DNA from: the human T2T-CHM13v2.0 reference genome, Homo sapiens
Reading direction: 5' to 3' (one strand)
NCBI RefSeq assembly: GCF_009914755.1
Contig: NC_060936.1
DNA length: 64,000 nt
Positions 59,140 through 64,000 of this stretch are shown piece by piece. The notes beneath the pieces were generated by a model. That model was not told where the DNA came from. It did no database searches and saw nothing but the letters and a program-made list of their open reading frames with translations. How positions within the stretch are numbered: position 1 is the stretch's first letter; every line of letters begins with the position of its first letter. Position numbers and translations under genes: made by a program.

Positions 59140-59861
59140 TTAAAAATGAAAATTTCATAGGAATGTATCCATAAAAATTTCATAGAAATTGATGGTTCCT
59201 CAAGAGTACCATCATGAAAAGAATATTCAATATTATTTTTCTGTTTTCTGTTTATTTCTTTTTAAAATAACTTTTTAACACTTTCAGTGGATATCAAATC
59301 ATATGGTTTTTCAATTCATAATCTATAGGAAGAATATATTAGGCTCATTTTACAATTAAGGAAGAAGTAATGTGCTATTCTCATGCATATCTAAGGGAGA
59401 TTTCTTCTCATACTCTCAGGAAAAAAACTGTAAAAGTATTTTATATAAGCCAAAAAAGTTTGTTGAGTGTCTTTTCAATGGACACTAGGCTTTTTCTGGC
59501 AAACTTCAACATTCCTTGATTCTGTGGGGGTTTGTACTGTACTTTTCATGGTTTATAATTTATTTTACAACTTTAGAAGTTGTAGAAAACTATAGTTATG
59601 CAAGTTATACTTGGTCAGACAAATGTACATTTTTCTCGGTGAAGGTATATTTAATTCCTTCTCTCTCCAAGCCTGTTTTGCGTCTATTAAGTGATGGCCT
59701 ATATAAATGTCTTCTTTGGATTCTCCTTTGAATTAGTTTTCTATCATACTGGTTCCCTCATTAATTAAGATGTTAAATAAAATAATTGACTTTTGAAATC
59801 TACTGTATATTTCTACAAAAGTTATGATTTTTAAATTTTAAATATTATCCTTTCATAGTAC

Positions 59862-60354
59862 TATCAGGGCTCAGAATACAACAGCTCCAAAATATAGCAC
59901 CTTGGTATGTGAGTATTTTAAGCTCAAGGAAATTGAGAAAACTGCAGAAGCAGGAAGGTCACTTTCTGACCTTCTCCTGCCTTTCTCCCATGAGGCAGGT
60001 CATAATAGAATTCTCTGACCCATTTCCCCTGAAGGTATAGCATCAGATCCTCATTCCAGAGGGGTCCTGTCCTATATGCAGAAGCCAAGAAGCATCTGAA
60101 CAGACAAGCCTTGCTAAATTTCCCCTAGTTTATTACCATTAGATTATATGCTTTTGTCCTCCAATCACACTTTCACATGACTGTCCACAAAAATAGATTT
60201 CCTTGGATCTTTATTTTTTGGTCTTTATTTTTTGGAGTCTTTATTTTTTGGTTAAGTAAATTTGTTATGCTTTTCATTTGTTAGTTTGTCTTTTGTTATA
60301 GGGATCTCAGCCAAGAGCCTTGTGATGAATGAGATATAACTTTTTCTCTCCAAT
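59862..60354 (+). mobile_element. MER34-like ERV1 solo LTR, intronic, antisense to TSPAN19
   Basis: cagggctcagaa...ccaaaatatagcaccttgg...gcagaagcaggaaggtcac; internal 3x tctttattttttgg (60208-60251). Confidence 0.82.
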
Positions 60355-61149
60355 ACTAACACAAAAATGATCAGATTTGGATGGGGATAAACAAAACTCT
60401 GCAATTTCAAAAATCTAGGTAATGCAAAGGTAGAACGATTGTCGTAGTAACTTAAGCATTTACAAATTTATATAATTTTTTATAACAAATTACTAATTTG
60501 GTCCTCAATAATACCAAAAGGTAGGAAGAATAGATATTATTACTGTTTTATGAATGGAATACAGACACTCAGAGAATTTAATTATTTACTTTTGTTTACA
60601 AGGAGCTGAGACTTTTAAATATAATCATTTGAATACTAGTCTTAAGGATTTTTACTGAATTATGCTGTCTTTGACAATAAAAACTAAGTAACTGGTGGGA
60701 ATATCACAGTAATTATAAAAGGCATGTAAGCTAAAATCTTACTTAGTTACTTATATATCTGTATTTTAATACATTTAAGAAGATTAGAATAATGAAAAGG
60801 AGATTTTAGATCTACTTTATACTCTGTTCATTTTTATTTAGAATAAATAAGATATATAGTGCTGTTGAGAGTGTGTTGGGGGTGAAACATATGGCCTCGT
60901 TTTGTTTCTAAAACATTATTTGGGAGATCCAGAATGCATATAAATGACAATTTCATACATAAGTACTTTCTTATGTAACCTATGTGACTAATGTATAAAT
61001 AAAATTCCCTTATGCTTACTCAAATTTGGTAAGCATCTATGAAAGGCCTAGTTTATCTTCCACACTGAGTTAGGTACTGTAAATGGCATAAAAGATTTAG
61101 AGGCTTTTAAGAACTTAATCCAGTTTGAATGCAGAAGACAAATTGATGT

Positions 61150-61375
61150 AAACAAAGCTGTTAGCTCTGGGGTCAGCTAATGAGTATTTGAGTCTAGGCT
61201 CTGTCATTTGGCCATGAAATACTTTAACAAGCATTTCTCATCTCAAAGCCTCAGTTTTCTCTTCTATAAAGTAGGACTTACAGTGCTTCTTTAGGGGTTG
61301 CTATGAGGATTAATAATACAATGCCTATAGTGTTTATCACAGTCTCTGGCACATGGTAGTTATTAATCAGTTCTT
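61150..61375 (+). mobile_element. MIR SINE
   Basis: gcctcagttttctcttctataaagt...gaggattaa...ctggcacatggtag. Confidence 0.8.
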
Positions 61376-62668
61376 ATTTCTAATATATAGAGAGATACAG
61401 GAGTGTGTGCATAACATTGAAGCAAATATGGGTGACTGATAAACTATATTTACATATTGATAGCTCTTATGTGTCATATTTATGTTCTATAATGAGGTTG
61501 AAAAGTTTGAGGATGATAGATTGGGATTTGGTGTTTTGCCAGCAAAGCAGCTTTCCAAAACTTACCTGCTGCAGCTAACATACCTTTAAAACTCACACAC
61601 ACACAAACACACGCACACACACACACACATACATTTTAGATGTGGAGAAAAGTAATTTTAGTTCTAAATGCCAGGCCATTAACAGTAGGCACTGGATGAT
61701 GAGCTGTCCAGTAAAGAATGAAGTTGGAGGGCAATGGTATCATACAGAAAAGATTGTTTTTGAACTTTGGCCATTACAGAAGAGTATAGATAGATATAAA
61801 GAAAATCTAGGAACCATATAAATTAATCAGGAGATCCTTCAAGATTAATTAAGGCGAGGTAAGAGAACTCTTGAGTAGCTACTTTACAACTGAAACTTGA
61901 TAAATTGTCAGTTAATGACAACTCTGTAAGGTAGGTAGGTATTAATTATATTTTACAGATAAGGACATTATATTTTACAGATACAGCAACAACTTGCTGT
62001 AAAGCAAGTTGGTGATCCCTAACCATATTCATATCTGTATGACTTCAAGTACATGTTCATTTTACTATAGGACAATTAATCTTCCGTGATATAAGACAGA
62101 CCTTGACTGAACTGAAATACTGAAATGTCCTAAAGGATTAAAAGTAACTGTAGGTTGTAATAGGTAAGTTTTGTTGATCAAAAGTTTTTTCAGGCTTATT
62201 ATATGCTTTTTTGAACTAAATTTGATAAACCTAAATCTTGCTCTAATTAATCACTCATCACTCTACCTGTGGAAAATATAGGAATTATTCAGTATGTCTT
62301 GTTTAAGTGAAATTGCTAAATTTCAAATTAGTTAGAGTCTAAATTTGTTTCTTTGCAAAAACATAATACAGTGATTGGGTCAGTAGTGGTAGTCAGAGTT
62401 GGTAAGAGGAGAAGGTAAAAATTTGAACTCCTAAATCTCAGTACCACCTCCTCTTCCTCAATACTGTTTGATATTTAAAGCTACTTTCTAATCATATGCA
62501 AACAGAGTTAAAGGCAAGTTCCCCTATCTACCCTTTTCAATGTGACTCCTGGCCCCTTCCTATACTCTAGTACTTTTGTTAAATATTATTTTCCCCTAAA
62601 GAAATTTACCTTTGGCTTTTAATATAGGATCAATGGTCTCAATACTCTAAGGTATCCAATTTCCTTTA

Positions 62669-62788
<120 letters not shown>

Positions 62789-63882
62789 CTAAAACAAAAG
62801 AAAAATAGAGATGATGACTATGCTACTAATATATGTTTTGTATGCTCAAATAATGGGAAAACACACACCATTGGAAATATGCAACCATAAAGTATATATG
62901 GGTATTGCTGAGGCTTCCTGCCTTCACAAATATGAATGAAATTAGTGAAATAGCAAGGCAAAGTAAAAAACAAATGAACATTTGGATAAGAGCAAGAGAG
63001 AAAGAAGTGATAGTAATTAATGAGCACCTTGGTCCAATAGAGTTGTCGATGATGCCATCTTAATTCAGTTCTAAAGCTATTATAGGGTGAATTTAATTAT
63101 CTTCACCTCACATTATTTTGCTAAAACTAAAGACTCACTAAATTTCTGATGTACTATTTAAACTTATGCAGAAAGTAGAACGTATAACAAAAGCAACTGC
63201 AATAATAAACTTAATTCTTTACGTATACTTGGGCTATTTCCTGAAAACTGAAAATACTTGTATCCAAACCAAATAAAATAATTTTTACATTTATTAGACT
63301 ATTTAATTTTTTTTTAAATGGCCAATTTAGTCTTCTTCATCATAGCTGTTGTCCACCTAAAAAAAAGGCACAAAAGAAAATTATCTCTAAATATGTTGAG
63401 TTATTCAAGAATAAGAAATAAAGATTATAGTCCAGATTGCATGAAATGGTAAACTACCAGTTCATTCTGTGAGGAGAGGGTAGAGAGAAGCATTTAGTAG
63501 CAAAATGGGCGAGATTTACATAAACTACTTAGAAACAGAGTTTATTGGTTCTAAAGATTGAAAGCCAGAGTTGTTGCCAGTTCACTGGTAGAGATGTCAT
63601 TACTGGTCAAGTGCTCTTCCAAGAACATCTTATCTGAATTACTGCAGTCCTAAGGAATATCTAGCCATAAACCTTATAAAAGCAGGAGATGACTGAAGAC
63701 AGTCTCTAGCTGGGAGTTTTCAGAAAGTCCTTAGAAACAGTATTTATTTCAGACACGTAAGCATGAGCCTCCTCTCCTTTAGGCTTTCCTGGCTCTATTT
63801 TGTCTGGGTCTGACAAAAGTGATTTCCTGCTGGTAACTGCAACTTTTACACAGCACATATTAATATATAAGATTTAGAATTT

Positions 63883-64000
63883 GGCTGGGCACAGTGGCTC
63901 ATGGCTGTTAATCCCAGCACGTTGGGAGGCCAAGATGGGCAGATCACTTTAGATCAGGAGTTCAAGACCAGCCTGGCCCACATGGTGAAATCCCTCTCTA
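63883..64000 (+). mobile_element. AluS left arm, cut by the window edge
   Basis: ggctgggcacagtggctcatg...caggagttcaagaccagcctggcc. Confidence 0.92.

Noticed and set aside
62818-63027. 69-aa minus-strand ORF next to the TM3 exon, considered as the upstream TSPAN19 exon
   Set aside because: It does not resemble tetraspanin TM2 and has no suitable donor; the real upstream exons lie beyond the window.

Overview
AT-rich, CpG-depleted primate genomic DNA, almost certainly human. The only protein-coding gene I can support is the 3' half of the tetraspanin TSPAN19 on the minus strand: five GT-AG-bounded, phase-0 exons (62714-62788, 59014-59124, 56844-56987, 55276-55359, 53873-53941). They encode TM3, the large extracellular loop (CCG, PCSC and EGC motifs, 6 Cys), TM4 and the C-terminus, followed by a short 3' UTR with AATAAA at 53718-53723. 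The ORF track misses this gene except for part of one exon. The 5' exons are not in the window. From memory the locus is human 12q21, between SLC6A15 and the TSPAN19/LRRIQ1 divergent pair; this was not verified by alignment. The first ~53 kb is apparently intergenic and dominated by transposable-element relics: old and primate L1s, Alus (including a young AluYc/Yd-type copy), MIR/L2, MaLR and ERV1/ERVL LTRs, a complete THE1 provirus nested in an L1PB, and DNA-transposon MITEs. Repeat subfamily names come from recalled consensus sequences and need RepeatMasker confirmation. I see no convincing novel biological system. The best leads are three RFX X-box-like palindromes, antisense splice signals overlapping TSPAN19 exons, an old local duplication whose junction filler folds into three hairpins, and two different LTRs that share one 4-bp target site.
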